From a phage: DNA of 64,000 bases. The translations under genes were made by a program, and so were the position numbers. Where the stretch lies: the NCBI GenBank assembly GCA_025611195.1, contig GCA_025611195.1_4718.1; one strand, written 5' to 3'. Shown piece after piece: positions 28,137 through 38,651 of the stretch. Under the pieces are notes generated by a model. The model had not been told where the DNA came from, did not search any database, and saw only the letters and a program-made list of their open reading frames with translations. Numbering within the stretch: the first letter of the stretch is position 1; each line of letters opens with the position of its first letter.

Positions 28137-28512
28137 CGATGTCATCCTCGCTAATTTCACCATATCCTTGTTGTCGATATCCGGTATAATGAATCAGACT
28201 GCTCTGTAGAAGCTCTTTAACGAGCCCTAGACGCGTTTTATCTGCTTCATTGGACGTTTCCATTAATGTTTCTATTTCGTTGTTTAAAACAGCGTATAGC
28301 GCTTCTAACGGCAATCCTTGGATGATTGGTTTGCTGGTGCCTTCTGGCAATGCCGCAACAGGAATCTGCACGACGGTTTCATGCGCAGTATGCGGGTTAA
28401 TACGACAAATATACATACCTGGTACTGAATGTCGCGGGCACGCCGCTACCAAGCATGTCTGTTGTTGCGCACCGTTAAGTGCGAGTGGTAGAAATTTTGC
28501 TTCACGTCTCAT
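28129..28512 (-). CDS. hypothetical small protein (127 aa)
   Basis: ATG 28512 lies about 47 nt downstream of hairpin 28564-28585 and a TATG. Confidence 0.65.
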   Translation of the reverse strand: MRREAKFLPLALNGAQQQTCLVAACPRHSVPGMYICRINPHTAHETVVQIPVAALPEGTSKPIIQGLPLEALYAVLNNEIETLMETSNEADKTRLGLVKELLQSSLIHYTGYRQQGYGEISEDDIDA

Positions 28513-28563
28513 CGCAGATTCCTGTTTGAAAGATAAGATATCACATGATGGTCGACAGCATAA

Positions 28564-28585
28564 AGCCCACCCCGAAGGGCGGGCT
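28564..28585. terminator. imperfect GC-rich hairpin
   Basis: agcccacccc-gaa-gggcgggct with one A.C mismatch; CATA 28559-28562 and TATG 28589-28592 flank it. Confidence 0.45.
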
Positions 28586-28600
28586 GTTTATGCGCACGGA

Positions 28601-31600
28601 TTACTTGTAGGCACCGCAGTGTGCTTTGATGAGGAAAAGCACCGCTTGCATCGGTTTATTGAACTGTTGCCATAACGTCAATGCCGGATGGAACAACCAA
28701 TCTTCCAGGCCAAGAACAATACCGTAGTTAACGACATTATTAACATCGTTCTCAACGTTGAGTTCGCTATCCAGGAATTTATCGATTGAACGCAGGGCCT
28801 GCATGGCGTTGTCAGCAATAAGCCACGCTTCATGCGCTTCACGAGCCGCACGGAGCAATGCTTCCAGTTCGCTGGTGCTGGCTACCGGTAACTCCTCACT
28901 GGTGAGGTCGTCAGAAACCGTAAACTGGCGATTGATACCGGTGTAGATCCACTGCATCAGTTTCGCCGCTTCCTCGTTCGGGTTGTTACGTGTTGTCGCA
29001 TAGGTCGCGCTCATCTTCACGATATGCGTTTCACCAAGATACGCTTTGGACCCAACGCCTTTACGATCGCTGTCTTTCCACGGCTGTACGGTAGCGACCA
29101 TGAGCTTATCCCATTTCTGAATAGGAATACGCTTCAGACCAACAACCGATCCGGCGGATGTTTCGGACTGGTTGCTCTTCCGCACTTCGCCGAGTTCACG
29201 ATCGATAGCAACGATTAATTCACGCGTCATGTTACCAAGCATTTTGATTTCACCCAACGCAGCGATAAGCTTCTTCACATCGGTAATCGGTTCACCACCG
29301 ATGGTAAGATGACGGATGAAACGTTTCAGAATAATCCGTTCTGCTGCTGGGTTACCGCGACGCGCTTTAGCCAACGCTTGCTGTGTTTCGGCGAACAGCT
29401 TATCCCATGGAGCCGTAGCGGCGGTATAGTAACGGTGGTTGGTTTCAATCCAGTTACCGATACGGTTGACCGCACTCTTAACGGTATCCATGAATCCTTC
29501 CATCGCAATTTCGGTAGCTTCGACGTTACCCTGGAAGTTATCAGGACCGATCTCGCGTGCCGCTACCAGAATACCTTCCACCGCACTCACCGCATGCCGA
29601 CCGATAGCCAGATTTCGCTGTGCTTCTTCAGCACGCTCAACGAATTCCACCACTGCAGGATCGTCAACGATTTCCGCCTCGACAACAACACGTGTACCCG
29701 CATCACCTTCCAATGTCTCGATAGTGACAACCGGATCGTTTTCACCAGCAACATCCTGGTACTCTTCCTGTTTGAGTTCGCCGTTATCGGCCGCTGCGAC
29801 AGCGGTGAGTATACGGACGGTAACATCACCGAGTTCTTTCGCAGCGAATCCGTAGACGGTGCATGCTGTTGTCGCAAAGTTCATCAGTGCGCGTGTGCGT
29901 TTAACGATGTAGCCAACGCCGTAGTCACTACCGTTCTTATCGAGGTCGCGGATTAACCGTTCAGCTGTCTCCTGAAGTTGTGTAGCTGCTTTCAGAAGGT
30001 CTTCGTTAAACAGTTTCGTTGACGCATCGATCAGCATATCAACGCTAACGTTAGACGGTACGGCATCATCCTGCTGTTTCATGGCGCTAAGTTCGTCGCG
30101 GAACTTACGGATACCGTCTAAAGCGGCGTCGGCACTATGTCCGAACGCGGCCACGCCAGACATTGTTGTTGCTGTCAGCATGTCCGTATCAGCGTTTGGA
30201 CTTTCGCCTTCTTTAAGATCCTTCAGCTGGTCGAAGAACTTACGGGATGCTTCAGCGATACGTTTGCTGTCTTTTACCGCGTTTACGATTTTATCGACGG
30301 ATTTAGCATCGTTCGCAAGCAGCGTATCGAGTTTGTTCCATTCGACGTTGACTTTCTTTTCATCCGAAGTATTACTCGGTGGAGGAAGCAGTTTCATCAC
30401 CGGTGCTGTGCGTTGTTCTTTGGTCAGCTTGTTGGCCTTCCCTTCGATTTTTTTCTTATTAACACCAAAGAGATTTTTCAAACGCGCCACGAGGGCTTTT
30501 AAGAACTTCGCGACCGCTTCGTAAACCGATTTCAGAATCTGTTTAAAGCGACCCGGCTGCTTTTCCCCGTCTTCCAGATTAAGATCGCTGTTCAGCGCGA
30601 CATCAAGCTGTTTGTACGATTCCATGATGTATTCGTCTTTGATTTCAGGACGAATCTCGAAGCTTTCCATCGGACCTTCAGCCGGACGGAATTCCATTTT
30701 CAGTTCGCCTTGCAGAGTAGGGTCGACAATGGCGATCGCTTCACCCTGACCATCAGCGTTAAAGCGTTCAGCGTAACGAGTACGACGAACAATAACACTC
30801 TTATCCCCATCAAGACGACGTACCACCATGGTGCCAGGAATGTACGGTTGTTCTGTTTCAATGACGGTAACATCTGTCTCACCTTCACCGAGAATAACCG
30901 ATGCGCGCTGTTCAACAACAGGAACATCTAATACACCACGGGCTTCCAGCTCTTGATGAATTTCGAACGACTCTTGTTTCAGATCTTTATCTTCTTCGTT
31001 TTCGTCGTCTTCATCGTCACCTTTGGTGTTTTCATCACCCTCGGTGGTTTTGGTGTCGGCAGCATCAGCATCGGCGTCTGCGTTGGTGGGTTCTTCGGAC
31101 GCAGGTTCGGCGGTGCCGTCCTCGGTAGGCGTTTCATCAGCGTTATCGACATCAACATCGCCTTGCAGTTCTGTTTCCTGAGCAACTGCTTCGGCTTTCT
31201 GCTCGCCGGTATTACCGTCATTAGCGTCGACAGCAGGTTGTTCGTCAGCGACGGTATCTTCAACCTTTTCTACTTTCTCTACGACACGTTTAATCACAGT
31301 GACTTTGATGGGTTCTTCCGTTGTTTTGGTTTCTGGTACCGCATCGGCTACCGCAGGTGCTGTTTCAACAACAGGTTCTGCTTCTTCCGGTTCGACGACA
31401 CTACCTTTAACACCCTCGGTAGTTTCCGCAGGTTGTGCTGCCTGTTCGATTTGTGTTGGGTTGGTTGGATCGATGGCGTTAGCCGCATCCTGAATCTTGT
31501 TCTTCAGGTTATCGCGGTCAGCGTTAACGGTCGGGTCATTGGTCACTTTCGGTGCCGGTGTTTCGGTCGGTGCGTTTGCCGGATACGGGTTCTTCGGCTC

Positions 31601-31984
31601 TTCACCAGGTGCGGTTGGTACCGCGATCAGAACGAACGGTTGAACATCGTTACCGTCTTCCATGGTCACGCCACCGTTGCTCGGTGTGAAACGAATTCGT
31701 AAACTACCATCGATAGGACGGGTCACAATAACAGCACGCACGACATCCTCACCGTTTTCATCCGTGCTACGAATCACACGAACGGCGTCATCAACAGTAG
31801 CCCCTTCCTCGAGCGTATCTGATTCGATCGTCGCTTCGATGCTGTCTGGCCGTGCCGCTGTAGGTAATGCGATCACTTGCTCTTCTTTATCGGTAGAAAG
31901 CGTTGCTTTGACTTCGATGGGTGTATCGCCGCTTTCCAGGTTAAGATGCGACTTACGCATCAGATCAGCTAACGATTTTTTCAT
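28601..31984 (-). CDS. large head-type protein (1127 aa) with acidic low-complexity region; member of the paralogous inner-body-like family
   Basis: AAGAGGA SD before ATG 31984; ~180 aa Asp/Glu/Thr/Ala-rich segment; carries the family helix (PMESFEIRPEIKDEY...RFKQILKSVYEAVAKFLKAL). Confidence 0.8.
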   Translation of the reverse strand: MKKSLADLMRKSHLNLESGDTPIEVKATLSTDKEEQVIALPTAARPDSIEATIESDTLEEGATVDDAVRVIRSTDENGEDVVRAVIVTRPIDGSLRIRFTPSNGGVTMEDGNDVQPFVLIAVPTAPGEEPKNPYPANAPTETPAPKVTNDPTVNADRDNLKNKIQDAANAIDPTNPTQIEQAAQPAETTEGVKGSVVEPEEAEPVVETAPAVADAVPETKTTEEPIKVTVIKRVVEKVEKVEDTVADEQPAVDANDGNTGEQKAEAVAQETELQGDVDVDNADETPTEDGTAEPASEEPTNADADADAADTKTTEGDENTKGDDEDDENEEDKDLKQESFEIHQELEARGVLDVPVVEQRASVILGEGETDVTVIETEQPYIPGTMVVRRLDGDKSVIVRRTRYAERFNADGQGEAIAIVDPTLQGELKMEFRPAEGPMESFEIRPEIKDEYIMESYKQLDVALNSDLNLEDGEKQPGRFKQILKSVYEAVAKFLKALVARLKNLFGVNKKKIEGKANKLTKEQRTAPVMKLLPPPSNTSDEKKVNVEWNKLDTLLANDAKSVDKIVNAVKDSKRIAEASRKFFDQLKDLKEGESPNADTDMLTATTMSGVAAFGHSADAALDGIRKFRDELSAMKQQDDAVPSNVSVDMLIDASTKLFNEDLLKAATQLQETAERLIRDLDKNGSDYGVGYIVKRTRALMNFATTACTVYGFAAKELGDVTVRILTAVAAADNGELKQEEYQDVAGENDPVVTIETLEGDAGTRVVVEAEIVDDPAVVEFVERAEEAQRNLAIGRHAVSAVEGILVAAREIGPDNFQGNVEATEIAMEGFMDTVKSAVNRIGNWIETNHRYYTAATAPWDKLFAETQQALAKARRGNPAAERIILKRFIRHLTIGGEPITDVKKLIAALGEIKMLGNMTRELIVAIDRELGEVRKSNQSETSAGSVVGLKRIPIQKWDKLMVATVQPWKDSDRKGVGSKAYLGETHIVKMSATYATTRNNPNEEAAKLMQWIYTGINRQFTVSDDLTSEELPVASTSELEALLRAAREAHEAWLIADNAMQALRSIDKFLDSELNVENDVNNVVNYGIVLGLEDWLFHPALTLWQQFNKPMQAVLFLIKAHCGAYK

Positions 31985-31999
31985 AAAGCGTTATTCCTC

Positions 32000-33106
32000 T
32001 TAAAAGTAATATTTCAGCGCCTCGCGAGAGACCTCAAGCATAGCCGCCGTTGAATTCGTAAAGAACTCGGCATAGCCCACAAGCGGCACCTTGATCCACG
32101 CGGTATACGCTGTAAGGTATCGAGAAAGGGCTACCATAGCATCATCAGAAGCAGTAGTAACTGACAACTGACCTTGTTGACGATAAACGTCGTTAAGTTT
32201 TGCTTGTAGATTCCCTGCAATTTCGAGTAACTCACTGGCGTACTTTTTACGATGGTAACTAACCAGTAAATCAACACCCGTATTCACAGACTCGAGCAGA
32301 ATACCAACTTGTTCTAATGTTGGCATTGTAACCACCATATCCCGTTCAACGGACGGTACGTCCTGGACTTCAAACCGTGCGGATTGAATGGCGAGGGACT
32401 GTTGAATTGATCCGGAACCTGAGGCGGTAACCTGATCGAGTCGCAGCATACGGTTGCCCAGTAACGTTACGTTGACGAGTCTCGATTCGTTCAGCGTACT
32501 GTAGACTTTATGCAATAACGTATACGCATCGCGATTAATCACATCGATTAATGCGGTATCCGTCTGTTTTAAGATAATGTCGAGCGCTCTATCTAACGTA
32601 TTAGCGAACTGCTTGAAATCATCACGGAACGACGAAGACAAGAGATATTCAGCGATTGCCAAATTCTGTTTGTATAATGTATTCCCGGTCGTGAAATCGA
32701 ACCCAAAACTGTTCCCATACCGTAGATGTGGTGCCAGCATTGTCGAAGCTTCGAAGCTTTGCGCGATGGGTTTACGACCAACGGCTTTTGTGTAGTGGCG
32801 ACGGATGTTACTGAGTTCGAGTTGTAGTGCGCGACTACGATCGATAAACCGTGCGATAAACGCAGTAATGTTCCGCAACGTTGTCCAGATTGCATCGATG
32901 ATGGCTTTGATGATTTTCATCGCAAGCTGATTGTACGATTCCATCGTGAGGAGATCAGCACTTTCTGTGGTATAGCTGGTCGGCAGCATACCGCCCGCTT
33001 GTTGATAAATAAGCTGGTGAATTTGTCGTTGCGTTGCTGTCTCTGGCACAGGTAATGTCTTTAACAAGCTTAACGCTTGAATCTGTCCATCATAGGTCTG
33101 CAGCAT
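32000..33106 (-). CDS. inner-body-like paralog (putative head protein)
   Basis: Track start 33169; GAGGAAA SD then ATG 33106, overlapping the upstream stop. Motif MESYNQLAMKIIKAIIDAIWTTL. Confidence 0.7.
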   Translation of the reverse strand: MLQTYDGQIQALSLLKTLPVPETATQRQIHQLIYQQAGGMLPTSYTTESADLLTMESYNQLAMKIIKAIIDAIWTTLRNITAFIARFIDRSRALQLELSNIRRHYTKAVGRKPIAQSFEASTMLAPHLRYGNSFGFDFTTGNTLYKQNLAIAEYLLSSSFRDDFKQFANTLDRALDIILKQTDTALIDVINRDAYTLLHKVYSTLNESRLVNVTLLGNRMLRLDQVTASGSGSIQQSLAIQSARFEVQDVPSVERDMVVTMPTLEQVGILLESVNTGVDLLVSYHRKKYASELLEIAGNLQAKLNDVYRQQGQLSVTTASDDAMVALSRYLTAYTAWIKVPLVGYAEFFTNSTAAMLEVSREALKYYF

Positions 33107-34391
33107 TGCCGGTTTCCTCAAGTTCGAGATGTGCATCAAGATAATCATTAAGACCGTCGATGACGTCACAGACAGTTAACAGGAATCGGGCAAAAGCGAC
33201 CGCCTGGAAACCGACGACGTTACGCGCGATACCCACACGCTGAACGATAGCGGATGAAGCGGTATCGTTGTTGTCCATCTGTTGTAGCAAACGTTCATAA
33301 GGCTGAATCCATTCGTCCTGGTCGGCAAGGCTTGCTTCAAGACACCGTTTAAATTCCAACTGTCGTAGCGTAGACCATAACGTACTTAATGCGTTGATAA
33401 TCGCGTTGGTTCCGTCGATAACATCGTTCAACGGCAAGAAACGGAATCCGTCTTTTGCTGATTGGAAAGATACGGCTTCCCACACAACGCTGAATTGCGT
33501 TCCTGTTGCGTCTTCGATGTCGTGTACTTTAAGATAGGAAGCACCAACAGGTACGTCAACGACGATATCGTCTGTTCCGGTAGGCTTTAACGGCTTCTCG
33601 CATAACGCATCGTTGATGGCCTCGAGAATATTCTCCCAACAGGCTTCGTTTTCTGCAGCGATACCTTCTTTGTTATCCGCTGATGGTGCTTTTAGTAGCT
33701 GCATTAATAACGGATCGAGTTGACGATGCCATGCTGCGAGGATCCCTGTGTTCGTTACGATGTTTTCTGCGGTTTGCCGTAAATCAGCAATACTGCTTAC
33801 CGCACCGCCTTTCGGATGAAGATATCGCCAGTTGTAGGGAAAGTTCTCCCAGAATGCGTTATCTTCATTAACATCGTATTCGGAAATAGTTTTCAACGCA
33901 GCCGCTTTCTTTAATAACGGCTTCACCTGACGAACGAATCGACGATAACAACGATTACAGATATCGATCGCGTAGCGGTATAACTCGTTCATGTAAAGCC
34001 ATAATGCACGGGTTGCTTCTTTTGAGGTCTTGTCAAAACTTTCCATGTTCAAGCTCATCCCGCTGGAAGTTTCCTCTTCCAGACCCTCGATGATTTGGTT
34101 TGGGTCCATTCCCATTCCGGCTGCTGCGGTTGTTGCGATATGTTTGATCGTGCTGATATCGCGTTCTTCAACTTCAGTCATGTTTGGGACAATATCCAGC
34201 CGGAGTTTATTTAATGTTTGAAGGTGTTGTTCACCTTCTTTCATCACCGTGTTTGTTTCGTCGATTGAGTGAAACTGATTCTCAATATTACTGGCATCGA
34301 GAATATTGCCAGCGATACCGAACGATTCTACAGGTTCATCATCAATCCCTTGAAACAACGATGTCATGGGTTGTTGTAACACGTTTTCCAT
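33090..34391 (-). CDS. inner-body-like paralog (putative head protein)
   Basis: ATG 34391; motif MESFDKTSKEATRALWLYMNELY. Confidence 0.75.
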   Translation of the reverse strand: MENVLQQPMTSLFQGIDDEPVESFGIAGNILDASNIENQFHSIDETNTVMKEGEQHLQTLNKLRLDIVPNMTEVEERDISTIKHIATTAAAGMGMDPNQIIEGLEEETSSGMSLNMESFDKTSKEATRALWLYMNELYRYAIDICNRCYRRFVRQVKPLLKKAAALKTISEYDVNEDNAFWENFPYNWRYLHPKGGAVSSIADLRQTAENIVTNTGILAAWHRQLDPLLMQLLKAPSADNKEGIAAENEACWENILEAINDALCEKPLKPTGTDDIVVDVPVGASYLKVHDIEDATGTQFSVVWEAVSFQSAKDGFRFLPLNDVIDGTNAIINALSTLWSTLRQLEFKRCLEASLADQDEWIQPYERLLQQMDNNDTASSAIVQRVGIARNVVGFQAVAFARFLLTVCDVIDGLNDYLDAHLELEETGNAADL

Positions 34392-34443
34392 TTGGGACTC
34401 CTACGTAGGAAAATCTTGGCGGGTGATCATGTCCGCCATTTAC

Positions 34444-34466
34444 CTTCTGAACCGTTGATTCAGAAG
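34444..34466. other. hairpin in the 5' leader of gene 33090-34391
   Basis: cttctgaa-ccgttga-ttcagaag, 8-bp perfect stem. Confidence 0.4.
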
Positions 34467-34497
34467 TCAAAAGATAACCGGATACCAACGCCATAAA

Positions 34498-34529
34498 CCT
34501 TCCTCCAACCCAACAGGGAAGGAGGAAGG
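34498..34529. terminator. GC-rich hairpin (CCCTCTCCC family)
   Basis: ccttcctcc-aa-ccc-aaca-ggg-aa-ggaggaagg; after the stop of 34540-35829. Confidence 0.6.
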
Positions 34530-34539
34530 GATATAGTGG

Positions 34540-35829
34540 TTATGCTTTTTCGGTCACGGCGTTAAAGTATTTCGCTGCAGCAAATACGGCATCCGCATAT
34601 TGACGTATCGAAGCGCGAAGAATCTTGGTTGACAGTACCGTACTTAAACGCGCCATTTCAGAAACCGCGCCTACATAAGGACGGATGGTTTCACGATCGG
34701 CTTCAGGCAACTTGTCGAGCATATCACCCCACTTCGTTTTGATTTTCATACCGTTGAGTTTAGCGGTACGCTCCACAGAACCAGCCAAAGCTTCAACCAT
34801 GTGAAAATAAGAGGGGTCGATCGTACGGAACACGTTAAGATAGGAAGTTAACGCACCCTTCAGTTCGTTATCGTCTTTGAAAATGTTTGCGTTCTCTATC
34901 TCACCGGCCACCGTCATCTCGGCTTCAACCCGAATATTTTTCACCAACGTATAGGCTTTAATCGCGTCACGTTCGTTTTCAACAGCATCGAGACCTTGAA
35001 TAACGAATTCCTTCCCACCGCTCTCTGGAAAAACAACTTTATTCAGCGCGGATTTGATCGCCAGCAGGTATTTGTCTAAGATAGACGGAAGTAGAGTTAG
35101 GTCGGTGAGGTCTGCGACCTTTTTATTGATATCAGCTACTTGCTTAAACAGTGAATCTACCCCGCTTGCGCTTGCAGCGAGTTGTTCGATATGCTTGCTT
35201 GCAAACATGGCATTCGCTGACTTCGCGTTAGGGAACATATTGACCATATTTTCAGTGGGTTTATCCAGTTGTTTGATATGGCGTTCACCTTTATTCACGG
35301 CGGTTGCGATGCCGACAATTTTGTTGTATGCGATGACCAGGTTCTTGAACAGCATCTGGAGCAGTTTGAACAGCTGCTCAGCGATATTTGCAATGATTAC
35401 CCAGACAGCATATAACGCTTGTGCTGCGCGTTCTTTAAAGCCTTCCAATACAATAGCTTGCCCTTCCACTAACTTATCATTAGCCTGGAACATGTCTTCA
35501 TCGGACATCCCCAGGTTAGCCGCTGATGTCGAAGCGATCTGACGGATAAGTGCGACGTCGCTCGCACGTGCTTCCAAGATCGTTGGTGCGATCATGTATG
35601 CTGTATCTTCCAGCGTTGCTGAGGTACGCACTGCAATTTCAGCCAGTTCGCTGGATTCATCGATTGTCTCGTCGGTACGTTGAATCACCAACTCAACTTC
35701 ACCCTCTTCAATTTCTGCGTTAGGATCGTGCTGCTCCGCCGGAATCGTCGCGAGAAGATCTTCGGCGCTCAATAGAGAGAGTTCGAATGCGTTTTTATTG
35801 ACGTTATCAAAAAGAGAAATACGTGCCAT
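34540..35829 (-). CDS. inner-body-like paralog (putative head protein)
   Basis: AAGGAA SD before ATG 35829; N-terminal AxE-rich propeptide; motif QAIVLEGFKERAAQALYAVWVIIANIAEQLF. Confidence 0.8.
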   Translation of the reverse strand: MARISLFDNVNKNAFELSLLSAEDLLATIPAEQHDPNAEIEEGEVELVIQRTDETIDESSELAEIAVRTSATLEDTAYMIAPTILEARASDVALIRQIASTSAANLGMSDEDMFQANDKLVEGQAIVLEGFKERAAQALYAVWVIIANIAEQLFKLLQMLFKNLVIAYNKIVGIATAVNKGERHIKQLDKPTENMVNMFPNAKSANAMFASKHIEQLAASASGVDSLFKQVADINKKVADLTDLTLLPSILDKYLLAIKSALNKVVFPESGGKEFVIQGLDAVENERDAIKAYTLVKNIRVEAEMTVAGEIENANIFKDDNELKGALTSYLNVFRTIDPSYFHMVEALAGSVERTAKLNGMKIKTKWGDMLDKLPEADRETIRPYVGAVSEMARLSTVLSTKILRASIRQYADAVFAAAKYFNAVTEKA

Positions 35830-35838
35830 GTTAGTTCC

Positions 35839-37155
35839 TTAACCTTTGGTATAGGCTTTAACGAGAGTGTTGATAAATGAAGTCAGTGCGCGAAGATATT
35901 GGTAAGCGAATTGGTTTTCAATACGGTTCTCTTTACCGCAAAGCAGAATCGCGCGCTTAACGAGTTTAGGGTAGATCTCGACGTACGGTTGGTAGCTCGC
36001 ATCAAAATTCTGCTCGTTGAAGCGTTTCATGGTGATTTCCTGGATGCGCTCCATGGTGCGAATTTTATTGCGAGAGAACATCTCAGAGAAAGCGTGTCCG
36101 CGTTTTGTTACCATCAACAGATCTTTCGCGAACGTCAGCTGTCGAACGCTACGCAAATCGTCAGGTGTTGGTAGGACGTACGTTTCCGGTTCACTATCCC
36201 ATTCAACATCTTCAACGATAATATCCAAGTCGAGGTAACGTTTAACCGCATCGATGATGTTGTCTTTTGACGCATCGAATTCTTTCAAGAAGACTGCGCC
36301 GTTGATGTAGCGGATACGTTTTCCGGAAACCGTTGGGGTGATAACGTCAGCACCTTCCACAGAACCACGATTTTCCAGCGTTGATTTGACAGCGTGCAAG
36401 AAAGACAGATAATCAACGGGAAGTTTTTCGACCTTATCTAAATGGAAGTCGAAGATGTTTAATCCTAAACCATCAATAACTGAATAGCCGTCCGATTTAA
36501 GGAACATCTGATTGAAGGTATCGATGTTGCTTTTCAGTGTGTCTACACCACCAACTTTGTTACGGTTAGGGAAAAGTGCCCACCATTCAGGTTTAAACGC
36601 AACCTCTTTATTTTCCGTGTATTTGCCTTTGGGCATTTGTTCGAGGTTCGCAACGGCTTTCTGAAAATTGCGTGTTTCGTCGTAAACAAGACGGGTGAGC
36701 TTCTCGAAGGCTGCTGCCAGAGTCAGGGCAATATCAACGATGATATCCCAGATCTTTTTCATGGCTTTTACAACGGTGTCCTTAAACCCCTCAACAACCA
36801 AAGCTTCTCCAACCTCAACACGATCGGTTGGAGTCAGCAACGCTTCGGAGGGCAGACCCAGAGCAATCGATGCGGATTCTTGAACGTTACGAACTAATGC
36901 AACGTCACAGTAGTTAGCCGATTCGATAGTCGGAGCAACATCAAAACTGATTTCCCGCAGTGCAGCAACAGCAGGGAAAGCACGATCGAGTGCATCTTCA
37001 TGTTCGTCGATTGTCGCCAAACGTAATTCAACACCATCGGCATCGATGACTTCAGCGGTAGGCTCCACAGCAAGCGCTTCAGCAACAATAGGATCTTTTT
37101 CAAACGCCTCAAGGCTGATATCGCCTTGTGTCGTAAATAGTGGTATGTGTACCAT
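35839..37155 (-). CDS. inner-body-like paralog (putative head protein)
   Basis: Track start TTG 37179; GGAGA SD then ATG 37155. Motif EALVVEGFKDTVVKAMKKIWDIIVDIAL. Confidence 0.8.
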   Translation of the reverse strand: MVHIPLFTTQGDISLEAFEKDPIVAEALAVEPTAEVIDADGVELRLATIDEHEDALDRAFPAVAALREISFDVAPTIESANYCDVALVRNVQESASIALGLPSEALLTPTDRVEVGEALVVEGFKDTVVKAMKKIWDIIVDIALTLAAAFEKLTRLVYDETRNFQKAVANLEQMPKGKYTENKEVAFKPEWWALFPNRNKVGGVDTLKSNIDTFNQMFLKSDGYSVIDGLGLNIFDFHLDKVEKLPVDYLSFLHAVKSTLENRGSVEGADVITPTVSGKRIRYINGAVFLKEFDASKDNIIDAVKRYLDLDIIVEDVEWDSEPETYVLPTPDDLRSVRQLTFAKDLLMVTKRGHAFSEMFSRNKIRTMERIQEITMKRFNEQNFDASYQPYVEIYPKLVKRAILLCGKENRIENQFAYQYLRALTSFINTLVKAYTKG

Positions 37156-37203
37156 GTGTTGTCTCCAGTAATGATTCAAAAGATAAACCTGGACGGCATA
37201 TAA

Positions 37204-37235
37204 CCCTCTCCCAACCCGTAAGGGAAGGGAGAGGG
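37204..37235. terminator. GC-rich hairpin downstream of the highly expressed 37258-38583 gene
   Basis: ccctctccc-aa-ccc-gtaa-ggg-aa-gggagaggg; minus-strand TATATG follows (plus 37197-37202), 42 nt before ATG 37155. Confidence 0.65.
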
Positions 37236-37257
37236 AATATATCAGTCTATTAACTGA

Positions 37258-38583
37258 TTACTGCTGTGCTGCGTCAGCCGGTTTCTCAGCCGCCTGGCCG
37301 CCGTACTCTTTCAGCATTTTAGCAGCGCCGTCCAGGACAGCGTTACCTGCCTGAACACCGTATTTCATCAGACCAGTCTGCGGGTTCACGTAGCAGGAAC
37401 GTGCGTCTTTCAGTGCAGACAGTACAGCTTGAACACGCTGTTTTTCCTGAGCGGAAACTTCGCCTTTCTTAGACAGATCAGCTTCCATATCGTCACCGAA
37501 TTTAACAGCGTCTTTGAAGCCCTGGGATTTCTTACCGATGTTGCCTTTCAGCGCCAGCAGTTTGTCAGCCAGTACTTCAACACCGCTAACCGCAGCGGCC
37601 AGCTGATTCAGGGACAGGACGGTAGCTTCAACTTCTTTTGCTTCACCGGAGCGTTCCCAGGTTACTTTACCGTCGTTGGTTTTGAAACCCCAACCTGCCG
37701 GGCCAGCAACATCTGCGATTGCCGGTGCGTTCAGTTTATCAGCGTACTCGGTGTGAGATTTAGCAACAACGGTGTTGACGAATTTATCAGCACGGTCGTC
37801 AGCAGCCTTCATTGCTTTCTCGAAGGTGTCAGCGATTTTGGTCGCACCGGTAACCAGATCGTCGCCACCGATGTAACCTGAAATGCCGCTACCCAGGGTA
37901 ACTTTGGCATTTTTAGCAGCGCCTTTACGTTTGGCAATCATTTCTTTCAGTTTAGCAGCGCGTGCTTTCAGTTTGGTTGCGCCGTCGAAGATACGATCCA
38001 TGAACTTCACGAAGGTTTCCCAGGAAGTTTTCAGGAAGTTCTTGATGGTTGCCCACAGTTTCTGCCACCATTTTTGTTCTTCCAGGAAGATCATGTTGGT
38101 TGCGTCGTAACGGGAAGCGGAACCACCGAAGCTTTCGAAGGACGGCATGGTTTCCGGCAGTTTGAAACCGATAGTACCACACAGGCGTTTCAGGTTACGC
38201 ATGTGTTCCTGAGCGGTTTGTGCAGACATACCACCGTCTTTTAGGTAGCTTTCGGTTGCAACAACGGTTTCCGTCAGTTCGTCCATGGCTTCGTCCATGG
38301 CTTCTGCGGTTTCGTCGTCTTTTGCAATTTCGATAACAACAGCATCAACCTGCTCGATATCGCCACGAACTTCGATAGCCAGTTCGGTTTCAGCTGCGGT
38401 ATCTTCAGCGATTTCAGCGCGTTCGGTCAGTTCAGCTACAACGGTTTCATCTGCTGCTGCTGCGGCATCAGCTGCCGGTTCTGCTTCAACGGTTGCCGCT
38501 GCATCTGGATCGATCTCAGCAGCCAGTTGAACCAGCTGTGCGTTAGATGGATTTGCGACAAGACGATCAAAAATAGAAGGCAT
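37258..38583 (-). CDS. inner-body-like paralog, highly expressed (host-optimised codons)
   Basis: AAAGGAAAC SD before ATG 38583; Ala/Glu-rich N-terminal ~150 aa with many A-x-E sites; codon usage like the capsid gene; motif ESFGGSASRYDATNMIFLEEQKWWQKLWATIKNFL. Confidence 0.8.
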   Translation of the reverse strand: MPSIFDRLVANPSNAQLVQLAAEIDPDAAATVEAEPAADAAAAADETVVAELTERAEIAEDTAAETELAIEVRGDIEQVDAVVIEIAKDDETAEAMDEAMDELTETVVATESYLKDGGMSAQTAQEHMRNLKRLCGTIGFKLPETMPSFESFGGSASRYDATNMIFLEEQKWWQKLWATIKNFLKTSWETFVKFMDRIFDGATKLKARAAKLKEMIAKRKGAAKNAKVTLGSGISGYIGGDDLVTGATKIADTFEKAMKAADDRADKFVNTVVAKSHTEYADKLNAPAIADVAGPAGWGFKTNDGKVTWERSGEAKEVEATVLSLNQLAAAVSGVEVLADKLLALKGNIGKKSQGFKDAVKFGDDMEADLSKKGEVSAQEKQRVQAVLSALKDARSCYVNPQTGLMKYGVQAGNAVLDGAAKMLKEYGGQAAEKPADAAQQ

Positions 38584-38608
38584 AATTTGTTTCCTTTACA
38601 ATAAATTG

Positions 38609-38651
38609 CACATTAGCTAATGTGGCTTAAGTGGACCGTTAGCCCACTTAA
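38609..38651. other. two adjacent hairpins upstream of the highly expressed 37258-38583 gene
   Basis: cacattagctaatgtg (perfect 16-nt palindrome) and ttaagtgg-accgttagc-ccacttaa. Confidence 0.4.

Noticed and set aside
29309-31702. Plus-strand ORFs 29309-29956, 30081-30524, 30953-31702 and others
   Set aside because: Antisense to the 1127-aa gene, generated by its low-complexity GC-rich region.
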